Below, one piece after another: positions 36,789-47,824 of a DNA stretch of 64,000 nucleotides. This DNA comes from Clostridia bacterium (lineage in GTDB: Bacteria > Bacillota > Clostridia > UBA1381 > UBA9506), in assembly GCA_017416855.1 (NCBI GenBank), contig JAFQAZ010000022.1, positions 41,675 through 105,674 of the forward strand, given 5' to 3'. Each line of letters starts with the position of its first letter. Position 1 is the first letter of the stretch. The notes below the pieces were generated by a model. It did not search any database. It had not been told where the DNA came from and was given only the letters and a program-made list of their open reading frames with translations. A program made the translations under genes and the position numbers.

Positions 36789-36836
36789 GTAGGGAATGCA
36801 TTTATGCATTCCGGAACGGATAAATCTGTTCCCTAC
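36789..36836. repeat. REP-like 48-nt double hairpin (copy C)
   Basis: The sequence is gtagggaatgcatttatgcattcc + ggaacggataaatctgttccctac. The termini GTAGGGAA/TTCCCTAC are themselves inverted, and the orientation is opposite to copy B. Confidence 0.65.
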
Positions 36837-36879
36837 GATGAAAACCCTTCTCTCATTGTCAAGGAAGCGTATAATTACT

Positions 36880-38517
<1,638 letters not shown>

Positions 38518-38527
38518 TTACTATATT

Positions 38528-38556
38528 ATTTTAAACATTTTTGACCTCATTGTCAA
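38528..38556 (-). promoter_or_regulatory. candidate sigma-A promoter of pyrG
   Basis: On the minus strand the sequence reads TTGACA, a 17-nt spacer, then TAAAAT, about 30 nt upstream of the start codon. Confidence 0.5.
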
Positions 38557-38626
38557 GGTTTTTTTTGCTCTTTCCACATTTTTTTAAAAAATCGTCAAAA
38601 CTACCAATTTATAGTTCTTATTCTGC

Positions 38627-38655
38627 TTGATAAAACCGTGTTTTTATATTATAAT
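38627..38655 (+). promoter_or_regulatory. candidate sigma-A promoter driving the comF leader
   Basis: The sequence reads TTGATA, a 17-nt spacer, then TATAAT. Confidence 0.5.
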
Positions 38656-38661
38656 ATGATT

Positions 38662-38876
38662 AAATTGTCACATTTTACAAGAGTTTATACCTATTTAAAT
38701 ATAGGAGAATGACGTGAAGAATCACATCATTAACCTCCGGTGGAGTTTATTGCACCGCCGAACGTTCGTGTCTATCCGGCACGAAACGGCGATGTGCATG
38801 TTTTCCATTACACGCCTTATCTGCCCACGATGAGAAGCGTGTGAATTTTCACATTCTATTTGTGGGCAGAAAGGCT
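38662..38876 (+). promoter_or_regulatory. candidate structured 5' leader / cis-regulatory RNA upstream of comF
   Basis: This is an ORF-free segment of about 215 nt that changes from AT-rich to GC-rich. Several stems can be drawn by hand: 38702-38738, CGGUG/CACCG at 38739-38758, CGCCG..UUCGUG/CACGAA..CGGCG at 38755-38791, and CUGCCCAC/GUGGGCAG at 38821-38869, which abuts the SD. Confidence 0.35.
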
Positions 38877-39662
38877 ATGGAAATTTCGATGAAACGGCTT
38901 TTATCTCGTTTGCCTGCCTTATTCTTCCCTGACCGCTGCCTGTTTTGCGACGAAGTAATCCCTTATGCCGAGGACGGACTTTGCATCTGCAGCGACTGCA
39001 TGAGCACACAGATATTTTTAGCAAATGTGCACACTTGCACTCTCTGTGGCTGCCCTCTTCCACCAGAAGAGCACCTCTGTGACACCTGTCAGACACATAT
39101 TCACTTTTTTGATCGTGCCCTCTCCTGTATGACCTACGAAAAGGAAATCAGAAGTGCTATTTTGCAGTTCAAATTTTATCATCGCATTGACCTTTATCGG
39201 CCTATGGCCGCCCTGATGGTCAAACGAGTGCTCCCCTTTCATCAGGAATCTCCTTATGACGTAGTGGTTTGTGCACCGCAATCAAAAAAGTCTTATCTGG
39301 AACGTGGCTATAATCAAGCTGACCTGCTGGCAAAACGAATAGCCAAAGACATAAAGCTTCCTTATATAAAGAACGCCTTTCTGAAAATCAAGGAAACACC
39401 TAAGCAAAGCACTTTGTCTTACAAAGAACGAATGAAGAACGTGGAACACGCCTTTAAGCTGAATGACACCACTCCTTCTCTGTGCAACAAACGTATCATT
39501 TTGGTGGATGATGTGCTCACCACCGGTGCCACAGCTGATTCACTATCTAAACTTTTAAAGCGCGCTGGTGCTGCCTATGTTTTAGTGCTGACTGTTGCCG
39601 CCACAGAAAAAGACAGATTGGAAACATTCACCCCTGAGGATATTGCCGAAATTACATTTTAA
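38877..39662 (+). CDS. comFC: ComF-family protein (phosphoribosyltransferase-like, competence-associated)
   Basis: It has N-terminal Cys4 zinc-finger-like pairs (CLFCDE...CSDC, CTLCG...CDTC) and a C-terminal PRT motif (ILVDDVLTTGAT). The start could be 38877 or 38889. Confidence 0.8.
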   Translation: MEISMKRLLSRLPALFFPDRCLFCDEVIPYAEDGLCICSDCMSTQIFLANVHTCTLCGCPLPPEEHLCDTCQTHIHFFDRALSCMTYEKEIRSAILQFKFYHRIDLYRPMAALMVKRVLPFHQESPYDVVVCAPQSKKSYLERGYNQADLLAKRIAKDIKLPYIKNAFLKIKETPKQSTLSYKERMKNVEHAFKLNDTTPSLCNKRIILVDDVLTTGATADSLSKLLKRAGAAYVLVLTVAATEKDRLETFTPEDIAEITF

Positions 39663-39682
39663 TGAATTATTTCATCAATAGA

Positions 39683-39717
39683 AAAACGCCCGATTGGTTG
39701 AACCAATCGGGCATTTT
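39683..39717. terminator. bidirectional terminator between comF and leuS
   Basis: A 10-12-bp stem (gcccgattgg / ccaatcgggc) is flanked by an A-run and a T-run. Confidence 0.7.
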
Positions 39718-39728
39718 ATATGTTTCAT

Positions 39729-42140
39729 TTATTTGATAACAAAATTCACCAGCTTATCCGGAACGCAAATGGTTTTCACCAGCGTTTTGCCTTCAATAAG
39801 CTTTTGTGCTTTTTCGTTAGCCAGAACCGTTTCTTCTAAACCTGCTTTATCGAGGCCGGCCGGTACCATGATTTTATCCTTCAGCTTACCGCAAACCTGC
39901 AGAACAATTTCAACTTCTGCATCCACGGTCTTGGCTTCGTCATATTCCGGCCACTTAGCTGCATGCAAGCAGCCTTCAAAGCCGGCCAGCGTCCACATTT
40001 CTTCTGTGATGTGCGGAGCTGTGGGATTCAAGAGCAACAGGAAGGTTCTAAGCTCGCCACGGGTGATGCTACCCTTTCTATAGAACTCATTGATGGTAGC
40101 CATTAATGTAGCAATGGCAGTATTGAACTTCATACGTTCAATGTCATCCGATACCTTTTTAATGGTTTTATGCATCAGATTTTCCAAATCTTTGGAGTAA
40201 CCTTCTTCCTCTGTTAACAGTCCCTGCAGATTCCAAACACGTTCCATAAAGCGGAAGCAGCCCTTTACGCCGTTCATAGACCAGGGTGTTGCCTGGTCGA
40301 AAGCGCCAATGAACATTTCATAGGTACGGAAGGTATCAGCACCGAATTCATTAACGATGTCATCCGGATTTACCACATTACCGCGAGACTTGGACATCTT
40401 TTCGTTGTTTTCACCCAAAATCATACCGTGAGAGGTACGCTTCTGATAGGGTTCCGGTGTATTCACTACGCCGATATCATATAAGAATTTGTGCCAGAAA
40501 CGTGAATAGAGCAAATGCAGCGTGGTATGCTCCATACCGCCGTTATACCAGTCAACCGGCATCCAATAGTTAATGGCTTCTTTAGAAGCCGGGCCGCCGT
40601 CGAAGTTCGGGTCAATATACCGCAGGAAGTACCAGGAAGAACCGGCCCACTGAGGCATAGTATCCGTTTCACGAACTGCATGACCACCACATTTGGGACA
40701 GGTAGTGTTTACCCATTCATCAATCTTTGATAAGGGAGATTCACCATTATCGGTGGGTTCATAATTATCCACTTCAGGCAATGTTAAAGGCAGTTCTGAT
40801 TCAGGAAGTGCTACCCAACCACACTTGTCGCAATGAACCAAGGGAATAGGTTCACCCCAGTAGCGCTGACGGGAGAATACCCAGTCACGAAGTTTATAGT
40901 TAACCTTTTTCTTACCAATGCCTTCTTTTTCCAAATAATCACGGATGGCGCTGATGGCTTCCTTTACTTCCATACCATCCAGGAAGCCGGAGTTCACCAT
41001 CTTACCGCTATTGGTATTGGTATAAGCCGCCTGCTGAACATCTTCGCCACCGGCTACAACCTCAATGATAGGCAAGTTGAACTTCTTAGCAAAATCCCAG
41101 TCACGGTCATCGTGGGCCGGTACAGCCATAATGGCACCAGTACCGTAGCTCATCAGCACATAGTCAGAAATAAAAATAGGAATTTCTTTGCCGTTCACCG
41201 GATTAATAGCGTGAAGACCGTTTAAGCAAACACCGGTTTTATCTTTAGCCAGTTCCGTACGCTCAAACTCAGACTTCTTCGCTGCGCTTTCACGATAAGC
41301 CACAGCTTCATCATAATTTTCAATTTTATCTTTATATTTATCCAGATAAGGATGCTCGGGAGACAGAACCATATAGGTTGCACCAAACAAAGTATCGGGA
41401 CGGGTGGTGTAAACTGTTAGGGTATCATCAGTACCGCTGACTTTAAACTGAACCTCTGCACCTTCAGAACGGCCAATCCAGTTTTTCTGCTGAATCTTAA
41501 CCTTTTCTATGTAATCAAGGTCATCTAAATCATCAATTAAACGCTGAGCGTATTCCGTAATCTTCAGCATCCACTGGCTCTTGTTCCGGCGGACAACTTC
41601 GCTGCCACAACGTTCACAAACACCGTTAACAACTTCTTCATTAGCCAAACCAACCTTACAGGAGGTACAGAAGTTGATGGGCATTTCCTGTTTGTAAGCA
41701 AGACCTTTTTCAAACAGTTTTAAGAAAATCCATTGTGTCCATTTATAGTAGGCAGGGTCGGTGGTATTGATTTCCTTTGTCCAGTCAAAAGAAAAACCAA
41801 TGCTCTTTAACTGGCGTTTAAAGTTAGCCACGTTATCAGCCGTTACCTTTTTAGGATGGATTTTGTTGGCAATCGCAAAATTCTCCGTAGGCAGACCGAA
41901 GGCATCCCAACCAATAGGATACAAAACATTGTAGCCATCCATTCTCCTTTTGCGCGCCAGAATATCCAGAGCTGTATAGCTTCTGGGGTGACCTACGTGC
42001 AGACCGTGACCGGAAGGATACGGAAATTCCACCAAGGCATAAAACTTCGGCAGACTGGTGTCATCCAACGCCTTGAAGGTATTTTCCTTTTCCCAGATAT
42101 CTTGCCATTTTTTTTCGATTTCTTGAAACTTATAGTCCAT
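39729..42140 (-). CDS. leuS: leucine--tRNA ligase
   Basis: It has the HIGH-type motif (HVGHPRSY), KMSKS (EKMSKSRGN), and zinc-finger Cys pairs in the CP1/editing insertions. It is 803 aa. Confidence 0.95.
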   Translation of the reverse strand: MDYKFQEIEKKWQDIWEKENTFKALDDTSLPKFYALVEFPYPSGHGLHVGHPRSYTALDILARKRRMDGYNVLYPIGWDAFGLPTENFAIANKIHPKKVTADNVANFKRQLKSIGFSFDWTKEINTTDPAYYKWTQWIFLKLFEKGLAYKQEMPINFCTSCKVGLANEEVVNGVCERCGSEVVRRNKSQWMLKITEYAQRLIDDLDDLDYIEKVKIQQKNWIGRSEGAEVQFKVSGTDDTLTVYTTRPDTLFGATYMVLSPEHPYLDKYKDKIENYDEAVAYRESAAKKSEFERTELAKDKTGVCLNGLHAINPVNGKEIPIFISDYVLMSYGTGAIMAVPAHDDRDWDFAKKFNLPIIEVVAGGEDVQQAAYTNTNSGKMVNSGFLDGMEVKEAISAIRDYLEKEGIGKKKVNYKLRDWVFSRQRYWGEPIPLVHCDKCGWVALPESELPLTLPEVDNYEPTDNGESPLSKIDEWVNTTCPKCGGHAVRETDTMPQWAGSSWYFLRYIDPNFDGGPASKEAINYWMPVDWYNGGMEHTTLHLLYSRFWHKFLYDIGVVNTPEPYQKRTSHGMILGENNEKMSKSRGNVVNPDDIVNEFGADTFRTYEMFIGAFDQATPWSMNGVKGCFRFMERVWNLQGLLTEEEGYSKDLENLMHKTIKKVSDDIERMKFNTAIATLMATINEFYRKGSITRGELRTFLLLLNPTAPHITEEMWTLAGFEGCLHAAKWPEYDEAKTVDAEVEIVLQVCGKLKDKIMVPAGLDKAGLEETVLANEKAQKLIEGKTLVKTICVPDKLVNFVIK

Positions 42141-42146
42141 CCTCTT

Positions 42147-42506
42147 TTACTCCTCTTCTATGATCTCGTTTAGGGGAATTTCGCGGGCATCGGCCCACAA
42201 CTTCTCCAAACCGTAAAATTCTCTTGTTTCCTGATAAAAAATATGAACAATCACATCGGAATAGTCCATCAAAACCCATTGCATACCCTGCTTACCTTCT
42301 TTTTTAAGGAGCGGCTCACCGGCCAACTCCAACTTTTCCTCCAGGGTATCGCCCAAAGCCTTAACCTGTGTTGTTGAGGTGGCTGAGCAAATAACAAAGT
42401 AGTCTGCCAGCAGGGTGAGTCCCGTAACCTCTAACACCTTTATATCTTTTGCTTTTTTACTATCTAAATGTCTGACCGCAAGTTCCATTTTTTCCTTTGC
42501 TGTCAT
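42147..42506 (-). CDS. rsfS: ribosome silencing factor
   Basis: It is 119 aa with the LADYFVICSATSTTQVKAL block, and it follows nadD-yqeK in the conserved order. Confidence 0.9.
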   Translation of the reverse strand: MTAKEKMELAVRHLDSKKAKDIKVLEVTGLTLLADYFVICSATSTTQVKALGDTLEEKLELAGEPLLKKEGKQGMQWVLMDYSDVIVHIFYQETREFYGLEKLWADAREIPLNEIIEEE

Positions 42507-43126
42507 TCTGTCACCTTCTCTTTACAAATTGTTAAAAAATACTGTTGTGCCGCCAAGGTCTGGCTATGTAGCTTTCTATGCCGATGCTGAATATATTCTA
42601 TGGAACGTTCAATAGCAAAAAGCATAGCACAATCCAGATTAGCTTCACATAGCGACCGCAGTTCTTCTATACCGTCAAATGGTTTCCGGTTGGGTTCAAT
42701 CACATCAGCAAGATACAGAATTTTTTCTAAATCAGTCATATATTCCCGACCTAAGGTGTGATATTTTACAGCTGAAATAATTTCTTCGTCATCAATACCA
42801 AATTCAGTTTCCAAAAGCTTTGCACCTAAATCTGCATGAATCAATGACCGTTGCTCTCGCTTAACAGCATCCAATTTAACACCAAGCTGTTTGCAAAGCA
42901 CCAGCATTTTATCTTTATCAATGTCTTTCGCACAGTCATGAAGCAAACCGGCAATTCTTGCCTTTTGCGGATCAACCCCAAAACAGCGAGCCATTTTTTC
43001 TGCCGTTTCCATAACCCCTAATGAATGGATGTACCTTTTTTCTGATAACATCCCTTTCAGCTTTTGTGACGCAGATTCTATATCCACTGAGCCCATGCTA
43101 CTCTTTATCCCCTTTACTTTGTTCAT
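42503..43126 (-). CDS. yqeK: HD-domain bis(5'-nucleosyl)-tetraphosphatase (YqeK family)
   Basis: It has RYIHSLGV and the GLLHDCAK HD motif. It overlaps nadD and rsfS by 4 nt each. Confidence 0.85.
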   Translation of the reverse strand: MNKVKGIKSSMGSVDIESASQKLKGMLSEKRYIHSLGVMETAEKMARCFGVDPQKARIAGLLHDCAKDIDKDKMLVLCKQLGVKLDAVKREQRSLIHADLGAKLLETEFGIDDEEIISAVKYHTLGREYMTDLEKILYLADVIEPNRKPFDGIEELRSLCEANLDCAMLFAIERSIEYIQHRHRKLHSQTLAAQQYFLTICKEKVTE

Positions 43127-43713
43127 TGGTACAAATGATGTTGTTCTATATAAGCCGCCACTTCCGGCGGAACAAGTTTCGAAATATTTTTCCCTGCAGC
43201 GACTCGTTCCCGAATTTCTGTAGAAGAAATATCCACAAAAATATCATCCAGAAAAAAGACCCTGGGCGGTTTTTCATTGCCTTTAAACTTAGAAAGCAAT
43301 ATGTCTCGTGCATAATCCGGCCGCGATACAACCGCAAAGTTACACAAAGCCATCAGTTCTTCATAATGCCACCAGGTTGGCAAATCATAAAAGGAATCAG
43401 CGCCGATGATAAAATAAATTTCATCATCCGGATATTCTGCCTGAAAATGCCGGACCGTTTCAACACTGTAACTTTTTTCCTGTTTTAAAAGTTCCCAATC
43501 GGAAACCTGAGCCTCCACCTGCTCTGCTACTGTCTGCACCATAGCCAAACGGTGTTCCTTGGCTGTAATTTGCTTCCCGGCTTTATGAGGCGGATCTCCG
43601 GCCGGAATAAAAATAATCCGATCAAGCTGCAAAAAATTTCTGGCTGCCTGCACCACCTTAATATGCCCGTTATGAATGGGATCAAAGGTGCCGCCGTATA
43701 ACCCTGTTTTCAC
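43123..43713 (-). CDS. nadD: nicotinate-nucleotide adenylyltransferase
   Basis: It has the GGTFDPIHNGH (H/T-x-G-H) motif and the ISSTEIRERV motif. Confidence 0.9.
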   Translation of the reverse strand: MKTGLYGGTFDPIHNGHIKVVQAARNFLQLDRIIFIPAGDPPHKAGKQITAKEHRLAMVQTVAEQVEAQVSDWELLKQEKSYSVETVRHFQAEYPDDEIYFIIGADSFYDLPTWWHYEELMALCNFAVVSRPDYARDILLSKFKGNEKPPRVFFLDDIFVDISSTEIRERVAAGKNISKLVPPEVAAYIEQHHLYQ

Positions 43714-43725
43714 AAAACCATTCCT

Positions 43726-44013
43726 TTAAATTTCAATCGTTTTATGTTCTTTTGATTCGCGATAAATCACAAATTTAGACCCAATCGCCTGCACCGGTTC
43801 CGCTTTCACTTTTTCAGCCACATAACCGCAAACCTCTTTTGTATCCATCATGGCTGTTTCCAACACGGTAACTTTAATCAGCTCCCGCGCTTCCAGAGCA
43901 TCATCAACCTGCTTTAGAAAATTATCGCAAATGCCGCCTTTACCAATCTGTAAAATGGCCGGAATACCGTTTGCCAGTTTTCGCAAGGTGGCTCTTTGTT
44001 TGCTTGTAATCAT
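43726..44013 (-). CDS. yhbY: ribosome assembly RNA-binding protein YhbY (CRM domain)
   Basis: It is 95 aa with the SKQRATLRKLAN...ILQIGKGG pattern. Confidence 0.85.
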   Translation of the reverse strand: MITSKQRATLRKLANGIPAILQIGKGGICDNFLKQVDDALEARELIKVTVLETAMMDTKEVCGYVAEKVKAEPVQAIGSKFVIYRESKEHKTIEI

Positions 44014-44035
44014 AGCCTTAAAAACTCCTGTTTCT

Positions 44036-44365
44036 TTAAAGTGCTTTGTTCAGCATTTCCTCTAAATGCGCCTTAGGATAGGCACCGGAAACCTGCTCCA
44101 CAATTTCGCCGTTTTTAAAAACAATAATGGTGGGAATTGTCATTACGTTATATTCTATAGCGAGCTTTGCCTGCTCATCCACATTCACTTTGCCAACCTT
44201 CGCACGCCCGGCATATTCTTCTGCCAATTGATCAACGAGAGGCAAAACCATACGACAAGGTCCGCACCACGATGCCCAGAAATCTACCAAAACCGGTTGT
44301 TCAGACTTAAGAACTTCCTGTTCAAAATTTTCTTCATTGAGAATGATAACATGTTCATTTGCCAT
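44036..44365 (-). CDS. trxA: thioredoxin
   Basis: It has the WCGPC active site and a cis-Pro TIPT, and is 109 aa. Confidence 0.9.
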   Translation of the reverse strand: MANEHVIILNEENFEQEVLKSEQPVLVDFWASWCGPCRMVLPLVDQLAEEYAGRAKVGKVNVDEQAKLAIEYNVMTIPTIIVFKNGEIVEQVSGAYPKAHLEEMLNKAL

Positions 44366-44668
44366 CTCATTATTCTCCTTTCATTTCCGTCAGTTGTATG
44401 AATAGTATAGCCTTTATAATAGCTTTCTATGAAAAAAGATAAACACATAATCATACCTTATATAATTATATCATAAATACAACTTTTTGTAAATAAAAAT
44501 GTGATAAAATGCTGAAAGTTCATTGCACTTTTATAAAAAAACTATTTTCTAAAAACTTTTTTAGGTAAATTTATCAAATATTATTTATTTTGTACAGAAA
44601 AAAACAGCAAAACTTTGTTTCTTTCTCTGTTTCTATCTATACTTTTCGCCTTCGTCATATTGACTTTT

Positions 44669-44697
44669 CTCTCTTCGTATATTATAATTAAAAGATA
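44669..44697 (+). promoter_or_regulatory. candidate sigma-A promoter of degV
   Basis: The sequence reads TTGACT, a 17-nt spacer, then TATAAT, about 25 nt upstream of the TTG start. Confidence 0.5.
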
Positions 44698-44722
44698 AAG
44701 ATACAAAAAGGGAGAGGATTTT

Positions 44723-45574
44723 TTGAAAAAAAAGATCATTATTTCCGCAGACAGCACCTGTGATTTATCCCCGGCACTTGTTGAAAAGTATCAGATTAAA
44801 ATTCTTCCGTTATATATTACCTTTGGTGAATCCAGCTATCGTGATGGCATTGAAATTACGCCTGATGATTTATATGCCCGCTATCACGCTGAAGGCATTT
44901 TACCGAAAACCTCCGCTGTTTCCATCGGCGATTTCACTGAATATTTTGAAACACTGCTGCAAGAAGCTGATCAAGTGATTCATTTTTCCTTAAGTTCAAG
45001 CCTGTCCTGCACTTTCCAAAATGCCATGTTAGCTGCAGAAGAATTCCCCGGACGGCTCTTCCCGGTTGATACAGAAAATCTCTCAACCGGCGAAGCACTC
45101 ACCATCATCCGTGCCGCTGAAAAGCTGGCAGAAGGTGCCACAGCAGAAGAAATTGTTGCTTTTTCTACAGAATACCGCACACGGGTGGATGCAAGCTTCA
45201 TTGTGGAATCCTTAGAATTTTTATATAAGGGTGGTCGCTGTAATGCCCTGGCCGCTTTCGGTAGCAATTTGATGAGCATTAAGCCTTGCATCGAAGTCCA
45301 AAGCGGTAAAATGGATGTTGGCAAAAAATATCGCGGTAAGTTTTTACCCGTCCTGCAGAAATATGTAGAAGAGCGTCTGGCTTCCGGTGATTTTGAAACC
45401 GACCGTATTTTCGTAACCCACGCCGGCTGTCAGGATGAGATTGTAGAAGCTGTCAAGCAGCAGGTGGAAGCCACCGGTATGTTTAAAGAAGTGTATGTTA
45501 CCCGTGCCGGCTGCACCATCTCCGCCCATTGCGGTCCCAACACATTGGGCATATTGTTTGTTCATAAATCATAA
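44723..45574 (+). CDS. DegV-family fatty-acid-binding protein
   Basis: It has the IIISADSTCDL N-terminus, is about 280 aa, and has the DegV fold signature (SxxLSxTYQ-like SSSLSCTFQNA). The start is TTG with a GGGAGAGGA SD. Confidence 0.85.
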   Translation: MKKKIIISADSTCDLSPALVEKYQIKILPLYITFGESSYRDGIEITPDDLYARYHAEGILPKTSAVSIGDFTEYFETLLQEADQVIHFSLSSSLSCTFQNAMLAAEEFPGRLFPVDTENLSTGEALTIIRAAEKLAEGATAEEIVAFSTEYRTRVDASFIVESLEFLYKGGRCNALAAFGSNLMSIKPCIEVQSGKMDVGKKYRGKFLPVLQKYVEERLASGDFETDRIFVTHAGCQDEIVEAVKQQVEATGMFKEVYVTRAGCTISAHCGPNTLGILFVHKS

Positions 45575-45618
45575 AATCTAGCATATTATGTGCTTTATAC
45601 TTTGAAAGGATTGATCCT

Positions 45619-46827
45619 ATGAGTCTGATAGTTCAAAAATTCGGCGGTTCTTCTGTAGCCAATGCCGAGCGCGTGTTCAACGTTGCCGACATTATTACGA
45701 GTACCTACAAAGCCGGCAATCAGGTGATTGTTGTGGTTTCCGCTCAGGGGGACACCACCGACGATCTGATTGAAAAAGCAAAAGAAATTAACCCAAATCC
45801 CTCTAAGCGTGAAATGGATATGTTGCTTTCCACCGGTGAGCAAATTTCAATTTCTCTCTTAGCCATGGCCATTGAAAAGCTAGGCTTTCCGGTTGTTTCC
45901 TTAACCGGATGGCAGGTAGGCGTACACACTGATTCCAATTATTCTAATGCACGTATCCGCAAGGTGAATCAGGAACGCATTCAAAAAGAGCTGGATAAGA
46001 AAAATATAGTCATCGTCGCCGGTTTCCAGGGGATCAACCGTTATGACGATATCACCACATTAGGCCGCGGTGGTTCCGATACATCTGCTGTCGCACTGGC
46101 AGCTGCTCTTCATGCTGATCTGTGTGAGATTTACACCGACGTTGACGGTGTGTACACCACAGATCCCCGCATTGTGCCGGAAGCTTCCAAGCTGGATGAA
46201 ATCACCTTTGATGAAATGCTGGAACTGGCAAGTCTGGGTGCTAATGTACTCCACAACCGTTCTGTGGAAATGGCTAAAAAATATAATGTTAAGATGTGTG
46301 TTCGCTCCAGCTTGACAAGAGCTGAAGGTACGTTCGTTAAGGAGGTAGTTAAAATGGAAAAAATGTTAGTCAGAGGCGTTGCAAAAGATAATGATGTAGC
46401 GCGTATTTCAATTTGCGGTATTGAAGATACCCCGGGTAAAGCATTCAAAATCTTTGCTCTGCTTGCAAAGAAAAATATCAATGTAGATATCATTCTGCAG
46501 TCCATCGGTCACGACGGCAAAAAGGATATCAGTTTCACCACCACCGAGTCTCATTTAGAAACTGCTCTGGCGCTGTTGGAAGAAAATAAAGATATCATCG
46601 ATTATCAGGACTTAAGCTGGACTAAAGATGTGAGCAAGGTATCCATCGTAGGTGCCGGTATGGTTTCCAACCCCGGCGTTGCTGCTAAAATGTTTGAAGC
46701 ACTTTATGAAGCGCACATCAACATTCATATGATTGCAACTTCCGAAATTAAAGTATCTGTTTTAATTGACTCCGGTTTCGAAGCTAAAGCAGTACACGCT
46801 ATTCACGATAAATTCGAATTGGCATAG
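45619..46827 (+). CDS. lysC: aspartate kinase (monofunctional, two C-terminal ACT domains)
   Basis: It has VQKFGGSSV, VVVVSAQGDTTD and GRGGSDTSAV, with ACT repeats at the C-terminus. Confidence 0.9.
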   Translation: MSLIVQKFGGSSVANAERVFNVADIITSTYKAGNQVIVVVSAQGDTTDDLIEKAKEINPNPSKREMDMLLSTGEQISISLLAMAIEKLGFPVVSLTGWQVGVHTDSNYSNARIRKVNQERIQKELDKKNIVIVAGFQGINRYDDITTLGRGGSDTSAVALAAALHADLCEIYTDVDGVYTTDPRIVPEASKLDEITFDEMLELASLGANVLHNRSVEMAKKYNVKMCVRSSLTRAEGTFVKEVVKMEKMLVRGVAKDNDVARISICGIEDTPGKAFKIFALLAKKNINVDIILQSIGHDGKKDISFTTTESHLETALALLEENKDIIDYQDLSWTKDVSKVSIVGAGMVSNPGVAAKMFEALYEAHINIHMIATSEIKVSVLIDSGFEAKAVHAIHDKFELA

Positions 46828-46862
46828 GCTCTTTTTGCATTAAAGAATTAAGGAGCAATACG

Positions 46863-47237
46863 ATGAACCTTAAAAAATTCAAATATATCAGTGTGGATGT
46901 ATTAATCGGCGAAAAAACAACAGTAACCGGCAATTTAGAAACAGAAAGCGCTGTTAAAATTGATGGTACAATTTGTGGCAACATCATCTCCGCAAAAGAA
47001 GTGATTCTTTCTGAAACCGCTTTTGTTCAGGGCGATGTAAAATCCGGCAGTTTAATCATCGCTGGCAAACTCATCGGTAATGTAACAGCAGCAGAACAAC
47101 TGGTAATTAAAAGCACCGGTTCTTTAGAAGGCAATGCCGAAACCGGCGCCTTAGTCATTGAAGAAGGCGGCAGTTTCTCCGGTATGAACCGTTCCATTTC
47201 CAAGGAAGAAACTTCTGAAGAATCTGTGGAGGAATAA
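46863..47237 (+). CDS. bactofilin-family polymer-forming protein
   Basis: It has a beta-helical repeat pattern (TTVTGNLETESAVKIDGTICGNI...VQGDVKSGSLIIAGKLIGNV...). It is 124 aa with an acidic tail. Confidence 0.8.
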   Translation: MNLKKFKYISVDVLIGEKTTVTGNLETESAVKIDGTICGNIISAKEVILSETAFVQGDVKSGSLIIAGKLIGNVTAAEQLVIKSTGSLEGNAETGALVIEEGGSFSGMNRSISKEETSEESVEE

Positions 47238-47238
47238 A

Positions 47239-47793
47239 ATGAATATAATAGAACTTTTGGCTATTGCCGTCGGCCTCGCGATGGACGCCTTTGCCGTTTC
47301 TGTTTCCAATGGAATGTCCATTTCCGATTTACGGTTTAAGGATGCTCTAAAATTCGGTATTTTCTTTGGTTTTTTCCAAATGTTAATGCCTTATCTCGGT
47401 TGGCTTGCCGGCAAACTGTTCAGCGGGTATATCACCGCCCTTGACCATTGGGTTGCCTTTGTTTTACTGGGCTATATTGGCATTAAAATGATTATAGACG
47501 CCCAAAACTGTGAAGAAGCCTCCGGCAGCACCAAATTCAAGGTGCTCCTTGTGTTGGCTATTGCCACCAGCATCGATGCCTTAGCCGCCGGCGTTACCTT
47601 CGCATTTATGCCGGGCAGCATTTACTATTATGTGAGTGTTATTGGTATCATCACCTTTGTTCTTTCCACCTTTGGTGCTTTAATCGGCAAACGTGCCGGT
47701 TGTGCACTAGGCTCCCGTGCGCAGTTCGTAGGTGGCGCTCTGTTGATCATTATGGGACTTAAAATACTGGTTGAACATTTATTTTTTCAATAA
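47239..47793 (+). CDS. mntP: manganese efflux pump MntP
   Basis: It has two DUF204-type repeats with the LAMDAFAVS and SIDALAAG motifs, about 6 TM segments, and is 184 aa. Confidence 0.85.
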   Translation: MNIIELLAIAVGLAMDAFAVSVSNGMSISDLRFKDALKFGIFFGFFQMLMPYLGWLAGKLFSGYITALDHWVAFVLLGYIGIKMIIDAQNCEEASGSTKFKVLLVLAIATSIDALAAGVTFAFMPGSIYYYVSVIGIITFVLSTFGALIGKRAGCALGSRAQFVGGALLIIMGLKILVEHLFFQ

Positions 47794-47824
47794 AAAAGAA
47801 GCTGCATAAGCAGCTTCTTTTTTA
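47794..47824. terminator. bidirectional rho-independent terminator
   Basis: The stem is agaagctgc / gcagcttct with a 4-nt loop, flanked by A6 and T7 runs. Confidence 0.7.

Noticed and set aside
42141-42146. I searched for a T-box leader before leuS, a lysine (L-box) riboswitch before lysC (45575-45618), and a yybP-ykoY riboswitch before mntP.
   Set aside because: The intergenic spaces are 6, 44 and 1 nt respectively. That is too short to hold any of these RNAs, so none is called.
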